NCBI GenBank assembly: GCA_004431415.1
Contig: QPMI01000499.1
Coordinates: 1 to 64,000 of the forward strand
Origin: Cyanophora paradoxa CCMP329
Lineage: Eukaryota; Plantae; Glaucophyta
DNA: 64,000 nucleotides
Direction of reading: 5' to 3'
The position numbers and the translations under genes were made by a program. Below the pieces are notes generated by a model that made no database searches, had not been told where the DNA came from, and saw only the letters and a program-made list of their open reading frames with translations. This document shows positions 51,174-62,834 of the stretch, in pieces (position 1 is the first letter of the stretch; every line of letters starts with the position of its first letter).

Positions 51174-51811
51174 ATGCATATAGCAGCGCCGGGAGGATGC
51201 GGCCAATCGCTCGGTGCCGGCCGCGGCCTCGCCGGCGCCCTCGCCGCGGCCGCTCCTCGGAGTCCCCACCCCGCTCGAGCGCATGGGGACTCCGGCGCGA
51301 GGAGACGCGTACGGCTGCAACATCAGGCCCTACCGTTGTCCGCGCATCCATCTGATGGAGTCTGGAGGCTGGCAGTCCTCGCTGTTCTGATTATGAGCAT
51401 GACCGGACTGGTCTCAGCGCTGACCATGGCCCCGCCCCCGTCGCCGCAACTCGAATCGTGGAGGACGATGGAGTTCGAATCGTACGAGGCCATGGCGAGC
51501 CATTCGCCGCTCTGGGAGTCGGCGCAGCACAGCAGCCCGTGGGTCCGCGGACCGGAGACGGCGCTCCCGGACGACCTCGCCGTGCCGGGGCTCGCGCGCG
51601 CGCTCGACGACGCCCTCGAGCTCGCTGCGCGGCGCGGCGCGGACGCGGAGATCGGAAACACGCACCCGATCGTGGTCCGCAGAGCTTCTCGCGGATCAAA
51701 TCTGATCGAGCTGACCCGCCCTGCCCGCGGCCCTCGGCAGTACATCTTCTCGGTGCACAAGACGGAGGAGTACGCGGAAAGAGCGCGCATGTGGTTCGTC
51801 CCGTGGCTTCC

Positions 51812-51856
<45 letters not shown>

Positions 51857-54800
51857 CGGCCCTCGCGCATTCCCAGCTCGCGGCCCCCGAAGCCGTTGAA
51901 CTGAACTAATGCGCGTCCCGCGCAGGTTGAAGACGGTGCGAGACGGGGCCTCGGGTTGATCGCGCTGGCTCGCGAGGGCTGACGCGGCTCGCTCTTCGGC
52001 CCGGCGCGGCAGCTGCGGAATTCGATCCGGTCCATGGAGCAGATCCACATGGGCGCCCCCGCGCTCGTCGTCACGACCAACGAGTCCGCAGTCTTGTCCG
52101 CTCTAGCTGAGCGGATCGAATCTGATCGAATCTTTCAGGTTCGTGTGCGAGGGCGTGAAGGACACGTCGGTCTCCTGCTTCGTGGACCGCTCCCGCGCGG
52201 AGGAGGGCGGCCGCTGGCTCGAGCAGGTCTCCCTCCCCCCTCCTTGGCCCCGCCCACCCTATCTATCTATCTAAACTCCTCCTCAGCTCAACCTGAAGCT
52301 GCTGTACCTGCTGAACGCGGCGGCGCTGGGGGCGGACGCGGTGCTGGTGGACGCCGACGTCGTCTTCGTGCGGGACCCGACGCACCTCTTCGCCCGCCGC
52401 GCCTTCGGCCTCGAGGCCCGCCCCCCCGCCCGCCCGCCCGCCCGGCCCTGGCCCGACCCGGCCCATCTATCGATGTCTAGCACGGCTCCTTCGTGCCGTT
52501 ATGACTAGCCCAGGACGAGCGCGTCCCGCCTCCCGGAAGACATAGACCCTGATATCTGCCTAGATCTAGAGGCTAGCTATCAGCACGCTTAACGGGCGCC
52601 TCGTGCTAGAAGGGCAGAAGCGAGCAGCATAGCCCCGCCGCCGGCGCCGCCGCCGCCCCTTCCGGCCTCCGGCCTGCCCCTTCGAATTCGACGGCCGCGA
52701 GCTGAGCTCGGGCCCCCCGCGCAGGTGCAGACGGAGGGGTTCCTGGGCACGAAGCGCATCCCGGGGCAGGCCTTCGAGGAGGTGCGCCTGCAGCTTAGCT
52801 TAAGGCTCGATCTCTTGTCTCTAGGGTTTCTAGCTTGCTGGCCTAGTTTCTAGCTTATTTCTAGGGTTTCCAGCTTATAGCAAGGGTATCTAGCTCTTTC
52901 TTTTCGGGGCAGGCCTTCGAGGAGGTGCGCGGCGCCCCAATCATAAGGATCGAGATCTGAAAGATCTAGATCTAGAGAGACTCAAGGACCGCGCCCCTGC
53001 CCGTCCCCCAGCTAGAGTCTGAGATAGATCTGGAGAATAGAAGATCGGTCTCCAACGCCGCTCGGTGCTCATCTGAGCCGCGCCCGGCCCGGCCCGGCCG
53101 CCGCAGGTCAACGCGGGATTCGTGTACGCCCGAAGCGACCCGGACACCGTCCGCTTCCTCGTCGAGGTGGGCGTACCCCCCTTCCTCCCTCCCTCCCTTC
53201 CTCCATTTTTTCCTCAGCCTCTCTGTTCCCGCAGGCGTACCGGGCGCGTTGGCCGGCGTGCACTGTGCAGGCGCCCGAGTCCTCCCCGCCCCGCCCCGCC
53301 CCGCCCCGCCCGCCCCGCCACGCTCCTCTGAACCCCGGCCCGGCCCGCAGTGCGCGCTGAACCGATTCATGCGCGAGCTGGTGCGTCTCTTCGCTATCCC
53401 CCCCCTCCCTCCCCCCCTGTCCTCCTGCTGAGGTTTCGCCCTGGCCCGGCAGTCGCCCCGGATCGACGAGGGGGCGCGGGTGCTGACGTTCCCGCGCCAC
53501 AACGTCGCCGTGCACCTCCTCCCCACCCTCCTCTTCCCCGCCGGTGCGCCCGCCGAGAAGCCTCGCCCCACGCCTCAGAGGGGACCTTCGCTTCAGCCCT
53601 GGCCGGGCCTTCGACCCCTCAGCCTGAGCCTAGACCTTAGTGGGTGGCCTTCTTTTCTTAGACCTTCTCTACTCTACTCTCCCTCGTCCCATCATTCTCT
53701 AACCCGCGCGAGGGTCCGCCCTGACCGGGCGCGGCGCCGCCAGGGATGGAGTTCTTTTGGGTGCGGGCCCCGCTGCGCGCCGGCCTCCGGCCCTACGTCG
53801 TCCACGCCAACTGGCGCGCCCCGCCCACCCCCCCCCCCCCCCCCCCCCCCCCCCCTCTCTTTCCCTTTCTTCGCTCTGAGCGGGCCGGGGGGTACAGGGC
53901 GGTGCGGGAGGAGAAGGTGCACGTGCTGCGCGACTTCGGCCTCTGGTTCGTCGACCCCGAGAGCTACTGGCGCGGTGCGTACCCCGGGGGGCTCGGAGGG
54001 GGGGGGGGGGCCTGCACGCTCGCCCTACCGACGCACGCCCCCGCCCGCAGGCCGCTTCCTCATGTACGAGCCACCGGGCGACACGGCCACCTTTCGGGTG
54101 CGCCGGCTTAGACAGCGCTGCCGCCCCAGAGCGTTCAGCTTAGACCGGCAGACACAGTTGCACAGTGCCTTGAGCTTAGGTCGGCAGTCAGAACGGAAGC
54201 CTAGCTTTGAGCAAACTTAGAGCTCACCGGCTTCTTTCTTCCCCGAGCTTATCGAGCGGGCAGGACGAGATCGACGCGCTCTCGCGGGCGCTCGCGCTCT
54301 CCGCCGTAGCCAGGCGGACCCTCGTCCTGCCCCGGTGCTCCCGCCCGCCCTCCAGAGAGCGTGGCTGCCGCCGCGGCTGACGGCGCCGGCGGTGGGGCCG
54401 CGGGGCGCAGGTTCCGGTGCCGGCACATGGGCCCCGAGCTGCACGCCCTCTTCGCGGTGGGCGAGGAGTGGTGCAGCGCCTACTACTTTCTCCAGGCCTG
54501 CCCGCCCCGCCCGCCGGCCGCCGGCCGTCCACCCCCGCGGCTGACGCCCCCGCCCCCTCCCCCTCAGGTGCAGCTGCTTCAGGACGCGTTCAGCATACGC
54601 GAGTCCTCTTTCTTCGGGCGCATGCCGCGCCACGTCGGCCTCACCTTCGCCCAGGCGCCCCCCCCTGGCTTCGAGCTCGGCCGAGTCCCCTAGGCCCTCG
54701 GCTGATTGCTCGCCCGCCCGCTCGCCAGGCGCACATCGGGCGGCAGAACGAGGGGAGCATCCAGCGCGTCCTCCGCGAGGCGAGGCCGCCCCAACCTCCC

Positions 54801-55133
54801 CTTTCTCGAGCCCGAGCTCGAGCCGGCCCGAGCGGCCGGCGCGTGCGCAGACGGAGGGGTACGACGTGCTGCAGCTGGGGCAGCTGCAGGGGACCTTCTA
54901 CTTCGAGAGCGCCGCGGAGCTGCAGCGCGTCGCGGGGCTCCTGCCCGCCGCCGTCACCTGCTGCCCGACCCTCACCGCCGCCCTCCGCGTCCTCAACCTC
55001 ACCGGTGGCCCTAGCCTGGCCTTTGTGTCTCGCTGGCCGCGATCGCGCTGATCGGGGCGCGCGCGCAGAGGCGTGGCCGTTCACGACGGGCTGCCACGAG
55101 CGCGCCTCGGGCCGCGGCTTCTCCTGCGCCTGA
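51174..55133 (+). CDS. Nucleotide-diphospho-sugar transferase (GT77, XEG113/RRA-like), type II membrane protein
   Basis: TM segment WRLAVLAVLIMSMTGLVSAL; KLLYLL..LGADAVLVDADVVFVRDP (DxD), VNAGFVYARS, LLPTLLFPAG, YVVHANW, KVHVLRDFGLWFVDP, ALALSAVARRTLVLPRFRC. Confidence 0.87.
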
Positions 55134-58100
55134 CCGCGACCGGTACCCGCTCGAAGCCCCTGCCCCTGCAAAGAAGCCCCTGCTGATCTCAGCATCATCT
55201 TAGTCGCATAATTAGTTAAGGAGCCCCTGCTGATCTTAGCATCATCTTAGTCGCTGAGTCATCTTAGTCTTAGTCTTAGTCATTGTCTCTCGGTAGTATC
55301 GTAGTATCGATCGGTAGTAATCGACTTACGTATCGTACGTATCGAAATCGTAGTTTCGATATCGATATCATGGAATCATTTAATCGACGGCAGTCGTGCT
55401 AGTACTATCCTAGTACTATACTATTTTTAAGTACTAGTCGTATAGACTCAGTAGTTATAGACTCAGTAGTTATATCAGTATATACATAGATAGTTGAAAG
55501 TTGGTCTTATCTGAAGTTTCAACGATCGATATCGATATCGACATATACAGCGCTCGCGCTCGGGTATTAGATATATCGATCTACGTATACTGTCACAGTG
55601 TGGCTTGCCGCGAGACTAGCTATCCGATTTGCGGGAGGCGCGGATCGGACCGGCCGGACCGGAGGCGGGAGCTCGAGCGATTCTAGATCTCTCGAGCGGT
55701 TCCGGTCCCTACCCCCCCCCCTTTCCCCCCCCCCTTGATTTTCGCGAAATTTGAATTCGGCCGCGGGCCACTTAATACAAGCTCCTCCCCTCGCCCAGGG
55801 ATACGGCGTTTTGAATAGAGCTTGCTGCGCTCTGTCGAGTGGCCTTCCAGCGATGGAAGGCCGAAGCCGCAAGCGTCAGCTCGACGCCGGCGACGTCGAC
55901 GTCGACGTCGACTGCGAGAGTGGAGACGTCGACAAGGAAAACCTTGGGGGCCAGCCCGCGGTCGCCAAACCGGCAATCCCGTCCTCCAAGCGTGCTCGAG
56001 CTTGCATCGGAGGAGGGAGCGGGCAATTGCAACCTTCTCGGAGCCTGAGCCTTCTCGGTGCGCAAATTTGGTCCTGCCCGCGGCCGGACAGCCCGGAAAT
56101 TCGAAAATCTCCGGCTCGCCGGCTCCGCGCGCTCAAGATCTTGAATTCGTGCACGTGGTCGATATCGATCGATATCTGATCATGACAGTCCGTTACAACC
56201 GCAGAAGTTTCGAATTCTACAGCCCGGTCGTCGACGTCGACGTCAGCGGCGAATGCAGCGACCCCTGCCTTCAGCATCTACGCTTCGGCAGCCGCGGTGG
56301 GGAACTCGAGCGCGCATTCCGCAAATTCGAAGCCGATTCCTGCAGACACTTCTGAGCCCGTATTTTCGCGGGAATCCTGTGAATCCTCTTCCAGCTAGCG
56401 CTGCAGCCGCAGTCGCAGCCGCCCATCCGTATTCAAATTCAGCACCCGATGGTGTACACACAGCCGCTCCAGCGATTGCGGCGCCTGTCGCATGCATGAT
56501 TATCGTGCATGCGGAGCTAGATAGTGCAGCCTTCGTGCTGCTAGATGCTAGTGCAGCCTACGTGCTGCTAGGGCCGACGTCGGCGTCAGTACGCCTCGGC
56601 CACCTCTTATTATAGCTAATACGGGTACGCCGGGCCTGTCCGGGTACACATCATTCATTAGGGATACAGTGTTACTTGCAATACTACAGAAGCGACAGCG
56701 ATCCCTCGTGATCCACTGAGCCCCGTCGAGCCACGCTCGACCGGGAGCCTCCCCGCGTGCTTCCCCACTAATCCCGCACGCGACAGGCGCCACTGCTCGG
56801 AGCTGAATCTTTAAGGGTCAGGTCGGGTCGCTCGCGATCCCGCCTTCGCGCGCGCCGCGCACGCTCGCCGTAGCATCGTAGTGTCATTTCCACACGTTTA
56901 GCTCACAGTAAGCTTCCGGTCAACCCCGGTCGCCGAAAAGTGAGGGCCTGCGTTCCGGTGACCCCGGAGACTGGCTGGCTTGAGTTCTTTAATCGGAACT
57001 CTTGCCCTGCGTGCTGAAGAGCTGGCTGCGCGCCGCGCTAGAGCCGAGTCAGCCGACCGCCCTCGTGCGCGTCGAGCCGCCGAAGTTCCCCTAGGATTCG
57101 CGTACCCCGACCTGGAGAGAAAGTAGGTGGCGGGCTCCTGCCCGCTGGGCGCCTCTCCGGCTGCCGCGAATCGCCTCGGTGGCGCCTCCATCCCTCCTTT
57201 AGCTGGTTAGCCGCGCGTCCGTTAGGAATCCGCTCCGTGGGTCGGTTCGGCGAGCCACTCCAGCGGACACCAGCGGCGGCTTTAGCAGCTGCTCTCTCGT
57301 TCAGCCCAAGCACTTCTCTGCGGTAGCGATCGGCCGCCCGCGGCTATGGGGTCGGCGACCTGCGCTGCGCCCGCGCAGATGATCGCCGGTCGTGTGAGTG
57401 CACGCCCGCGTCGCGGCCGTGGGCGTCGTGGCCGCACAGATGCTTGGATTCCTGGCGAGGCGACGTGCTTCTGAGCACTCGGGCGGCCCGGGGCCTCCCA
57501 ACCCCCGCTGCAGCGGATTCCGCGTGCGCACGCGCGCCAGCTGGAGGAGGTATCTCTCGGCCGAGGAGCACAGGTCGCCGGCTTCGGCCGGCGATGCTGT
57601 GCGCCCGCCGGTTTTCACCCGGGCTCTCACGGGCTCCGGTTTCCGGCCCTCCCTGGGGTTAGCTGGCTTTGCTCCCTTAGTGCGCATCTTCCCTATCAGA
57701 TGGAGGGCTATAGTTCAGGCTGCGCGGCTCCAACCCCATATCCTCGCTTATACCTGGGTTCTCTCCTGTAGGCTCCCACGTCTTGAGGGGGGGTTATGGT
57801 TGCTCTGTCCTGATTTGGCTCTCTAGGTAGGAGTAAGTAGCGTTGCTAGGTGTGTGTAGGTCGCTTTCCTCAGTACAATAGCTCCACCCTGTCCGGTTTC
57901 TGATGGCTAGCATTGCGCCTTAGCCTAAATTGTTACCTTTCGACATGACACAGTCAGACACCCCAGTTACATCACTAGCTGTACTGTCTCGGTGTGTGCG
58001 AATTCAGTGATGGAAGCCGAAGTTCCCCTAGAGGGCAACTTTGTGCCATCGCCGATCCCTGGCCTGCGAGCCTGGATCGTGCTCCGGTGTGTTGCGTAAG

Positions 58101-58996
58101 CAGCATATCGTCGCCTGTGCCGTCGAAATCCCGCGTTTTACGCGGCGACTCGGCCTCAAAGAGCTTCGTGCTCAAATTTGATCTGTCTTGTACTTGCCAC
58201 TGTGAAAGCCTGCCATGTCGCGGCTTCCGGTTGAGCTGCCGACGAGCGAGCGCGATCGCATGATCGCACTCAACTCGTCTGCACCCACGAGCGGCGTGGC
58301 CGTTCAGCAGATGACTGCTGCGGCGCCCACAGTTGATGCGAAGGGCTTGCCCTCCATCACTCCGCTGTCTGCGAACCCTACCATCGAAGAAGTCGATGAG
58401 TGGCGCCAGCAGATTAGCACTTTCGTCTCCACTCAGGTGCATAAGTATGCGTACGAGCCCGAGGGAGACAGCTGGACCAAAGTTGAAGCGCTTGGCGGCT
58501 TCATGGTCTCGCAGCTTTGCAAGGGCTCGCTGCGCTCTCAGCTGCAGCGCATGCGCGACCAGCTGAATGACACCAAGGCTTCTCTTGCCGCTCAGCGCGC
58601 GCGTCTCGCCGTGCTGGACGCCCTGCCTGCCGAGGCCCGGCTCCCCGAGACTGAGATTGAAATCCTCCAGCTTGAGGCCACGATCGCACGCCTCGACGCT
58701 GAGATTGCTGAAGGCCGCGATACCTTCCAGCGCGCTCCCGGCGTTGAGAAGTATATCATTTCGCGCGTGACGAAGGGCCTGCCCCACGTCGCCGAGGCCG
58801 CGATCAATTCCGCCTATACCGGCGAGGACCCGCTGACGTGGGTGAACTGGATCGCCCCGCATGTGCGCCACACGTGCCCGTTGGGCAAATCCTATTCGGA
58901 GCACCGTGGCACCTGATCACCGTGATTGGGAATGCGCTCTCGCGCCGCCAGACCGGGCTTGACCCGCAGTATGATAATTACGACGTTCGCGCGGCG

Positions 58997-61287
58997 TATT
59001 ATTGGTGTTGTTGGGCCCGCTCTGCTGTGCTGTGGCTGCCCAGCTGTGCTCCCAGCCCGTGCGCTACACGCGAGATTGCCCCGAGGGGTGGTGGGGCTGT
59101 ATTGGGAGCCGTGGTGCGGTCCCGGAGGGTACAGCGAGACTACTGACTGGGGTACATGGTACGAGTGGCTCGACTCAGTGGGAAACCAGGCTGGCAACAT
59201 CTCCCTCACTGGTAAGACCACGTCCACGTGGTCCACATCGAAACGGCAACGACTACGCCCGCGTGGTCGGGGCCGGGACGGAAGCCGCCTAGGCCTGGCA
59301 ATGAACCAAGGGCCAGAAGAGGGACAACTCTCAAAGGCCGTCCGAAAGATCGAGGGGTACGCCGAGGGAACGAGGGGTACAGGGATCTCCCTCACTGGTA
59401 AGGTGAAAGCTACCGGGGGGGATCTCCCTCACTGGTAAGGATGAAGCCACTACGGAACTGCACGAGAAAGGACAGGGATGAGAAAGAACCCGCTATCCAG
59501 GGCAGCAGCAAGGCACGAGGTCTGAAGAGGCCAAGCCACTGATGGGACCCTGGGGGCCATACAGAGAGGCACCGGCACTTGCATCCCACAGCAAGAGACC
59601 AGGCAGAAAACCACCACCCGACGGGAAAGGAAATGGGAAGACTCAAAAGAGGAATGGAGAACGGCAAAGGATGCAAGGGGGCAGGGCCCGGGGGAGATCG
59701 ACGTCGGGGTACAGCACGTCAGCGACGGGGAGGGGCGGCTCGGGCAATCACGGGGCCATCTTGAAGCCTCGATTGCGAGCGGCCGCATCTGAGCAAGACA
59801 GCAAGAGGGATCGGTCAGAGCCATCCTTCCGCAGGGGCCATCACTCAGGCGGGAGGCTAGCAGCTCGGGACCGGCGAGGCAACTCTCTTCGGGGCTCCAA
59901 CGGGCCATGGCAGGCTATGCGACTCATCGGATACATCATCCGGGATTGGAAGGGGCAACGCCGCATCGGATACATCATCCGTGGGCCATCGGGCAGCGAT
60001 AAGGGTCACGACTGAACGGCGCGGGGGCCGGACTCCCAGTCGGTTGCGACAGACTCTCAGTCGGAAGCAATATAGACTCTCAAGGCTCATAGACTCTCAA
60101 GGCGACTGGCATGGGTAGCCGAGTCGCGGGACACGCATAGATGGTTCCCTTCTAAGAGCGAGTCTCGGGGGGCGAGCTGCTAATGCGATGGAAAGAACGA
60201 GAGAGAGCGTATCTTCAGCGTGAAGATGTAGCTTGGTCGCCGCCTCCAGTCCGTATGCGCAGGTCCGGGCGATCGCGGCCAAGTGCGCGCCGGTCTGGTT
60301 GGGCGGACTCCCGGGACGCACAGCACTCGCAGACAGCGCTCGCCTTTGGCGCCCTTGCTCACGCGCGCGGAGCGCGGCGTGCTGGGTCGCTGAGGCACGC
60401 AAGCCGAGGCTCATGCCGGAATCACCCGGCCTCCGATGCGCGATGGCGCTGATCGACGTGGAAATGACACCAGCCAGGGCTCATGAGGGATGGAGGAGTT
60501 GATCAAGGGGTGGGCGCGCGGGTCTGGTTACGGCTATCACCGAAAACCATGGCTCCCCCACTCAGGCGAACCTCCCATATTGAGCGACCCATGGCCGGCA
60601 CCTCGCTAGCATCTTCGGCTAGATAGATGACCGGTCGGAAGGGCGCGTCACGTAGAACATTGATACATGTGCTGTGGTGTATCAATGCGACGTCCACTTT
60701 TGCAAAAAAAAAAAAGTGGAAATGACACCAGCTCTCGATCAGGCGGCACGGATTGCGCTGGAATCACCCAGCTGCCAAGGCTGCTGCAGGCGGCACGGGA
60801 ATCACCCGACGGTCCGACGCGGTCCAGCGCGCAAGGGCGAGGGCCGGTCGCGGGGCATCACCCGGTGCTGCTGCTGACGAGCACATCGCTGCGGTCGCGG
60901 TTGGGATCGCCGTCTTCTTCTCCTCCCTCCGCTTTTGAAGATTCGGCCTCCGTGCCGATTGTCCCTCCTTCTCGTAGTCCAGCGATCGCGCGCACTCTCC
61001 ACCATGTAGAATCCACGGACTCTCCACCGGCGCATGGACGTCCGCAGCGTCCGTCGACGGGGCCAGCGGCTGTCCCGGCGAGGGTATTATTGGTGTTGTT
61101 GGGCCCGCTCTGCTGTGCTGTGGCTGCCCAGCTGTGCTCCCAGCCCGTGCGCTACACGCGAGATTGCCCCGAGGGGTGGTGGGGCTGTATTGGGAGCCGT
61201 GGTGCGGTCCCGGAGGGTACAGCGAGACTACTGACTGGGGTACATGGTACGAGTGGCTCGACTCAGTGGGAAACCAGGCTGGCAACA
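58997..61287 (-). mobile_element. Non-autonomous LTR retrotransposon (TRIM/LARD-like), 2291 bp
   Basis: Identical 203-bp direct repeats at 58997-59199 and 61085-61287; TSD GGCG at 58993-58996 and 61288-61291. On the minus strand a PPT-like AGTGAGGGAGA abuts TGTTG, which is the basis for the strand call. No pol motifs inside. Confidence 0.9.
60475..60715 (+). mobile_element. Poly(A)-tailed retroposed insertion (SINE or 5'-truncated LINE end)
   Basis: 17-bp TSD GTGGAAATGACACCAGC at 60458-60474 and 60716-60732; A12 tail at 60704-60715; 10-bp stem CATTGATACA/TGTATCAATG just upstream of the tail. Confidence 0.88.
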
Positions 61288-62270
61288 GGCGCTCTGCGCG
61301 CGCCAGAACGAAACCACCATGACGTACATTCTGCAGGCGCTCCGCGCGGAGTACGCGCGTTATGGGGCCACGCTCACTGCCCTGCGCGTCGAGAAGATTT
61401 TCGAGGAGCAGTGCGACCGCCACGGTCGCCGGACCGTGCGCCTGCTGCAGGAGCCGTCCCAGGAGACTGAGCCCTCGGCAAAGCGCTCCAAGGGGCCGGC
61501 CGGCTTCAAGGCTCCGCCGTATGCCGGCGACGTGGATGCCACGCCAATTAAGGCTGTGAAGCCTGCAGCTGCAGCAGCGGCTCCTGCTGAGGCTGGGCGT
61601 GACCCCCCTCCTGCAGCTGATCGCGAGGCCCGGTCCCTCGTTTCTGCACATGGGTCCTCTTGGGCCGTGCAGTCTAGCTCGCCAGGCGCCCTTGCCGCTG
61701 TGATGCAGCGCATGGCTGAGCTTGGGTACCCTCAGTACCCTCCGGCTGAGTGCTGGAACTGTGCTGGCGACCCCAGTGTCCCAGCCTCCGAGCGCCTTCA
61801 CTGGGCTTTCCTCTGCCCGAAGCGCCCCCCGCACGCCCCCCGCCACCCCTGGGTGCGGAATGACCAGGCGGGTGCCCCAGCTGAAGCGTACGACGAATCG
61901 TACGACGATTCATACAACGATGAGTATGAGGATGAAGCGGCAAACGAGGTCTGCGGTCGCTGCGGCGACACCGGGCACCACCACAGTGCCTGCCCCGACC
62001 CGCCGACTCGTGCCAAGGGCAAGGCCCCTCTGGCCCTGCCGGCGCCTGCTCCCACGGACGAGTAAAACTCTCTCTGGGCCTGGCCGGCTTGGGCAGCCGC
62101 CAGAGCAAGGCCCTGAAAATTTTGCGAAGCACCGCGAAATTTTTCGCCAGCCCCCGGCCTTCTGCGAAAGCGCCGGCGTGTCGCTGTAGTATAGCGGCCA
62201 GTATACCTGCCACGAGCGGGCTGTACATTTGTACATTTGTACATAAACTCTTGACGTCGGGGACGACGTT

Positions 62271-62834
62271 TTCCGAGAAGAGGAGTGAGGTGACGAGCCG
62301 TGAGCTCGCGCCTCCCGAGGCCTGACCTGGGCCGGCCGTACCCTAGCAACGGGTACAGCGCTTTCCGAGAGGAGGAGTCCCTCCTCTCTCTCTCGCGATT
62401 AAGAGTGTGAGTGGGCCCCGGTGCGCATCTAGCAGCCGCGCAGTGCGCGAGCACGCGATGATCATGAGCCCCTTGTAAATTTGTAAATATTTGCAAATAT
62501 TGGCATCCGGTTCGCCCTCTGCGCGAAACCGAGCGTCGCGTACCCCTCCGGGAGGGTACAAGTCTTCCGAGAGGAGGAGTCCATCCTCTCTCGCGAAGCG
62601 AGCCCTGGAGCTCGCTGAAGAGGCGGCCCAACGCCCTGAGGCACGCCGGTACACACCCCACCGGGCGGCTCGGTTGCCGCCGCGGTCGTCAGTCTTCCGA
62701 GAGGAGGAGTCCCTCCCCCCCTCGAGGAGCCGATCACGAAAGGAGCAGATCGCTGCCTCAAAGAGCGCCTGTGCACGCCCCGACGAGCTGCCTGGCCGCG
62801 GCCGCAAGTGTCTGTCTTCCGAGGGGAGGAGTCC
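62271..62834 (+). repeat. Five spaced copies of TTCCGAGAGGAGGAGTCC
   Basis: Copies start at 62271 (variant), 62363, 62565, 62695 and 62817 (variant). Confidence 0.9.

Larger units (their letters stand above)
58215..62065 (+). pseudogene. Intronless gag/ORF1-like zinc-knuckle gene of a retroelement, disrupted by a frameshift (~58866) and an LTR-element insertion
   Basis: N-terminal coiled-coil region; C-terminal CX2CX4HX4C (CGRCGDTGHHHSAC) plus a CWNC-X11-H-X4-C knuckle. Removing 58997-61291 rejoins ...YDVRAA|LCARQNE... in frame. Confidence 0.75.

Noticed and set aside
55853-56179. Short ORF with a KEN-like motif
   Set aside because: No family recognised and dominated by GTCGAC repeats; cannot be called a gene.
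58850-58916. Programmed -1 frameshift in the gag-like ORF
   Set aside because: No slippery heptamer seen; a 1-nt deletion or sequencing error is simpler.
60503-60697. Retropepsin-like reading on the minus strand
   Set aside because: No DSG/DTG motif, and it lies antisense within the poly(A) insert.
62271-62834. CRISPR array
   Set aside because: Repeats are only ~18 bp, spacers are long and irregular, there are no cas genes, and the context is eukaryotic.
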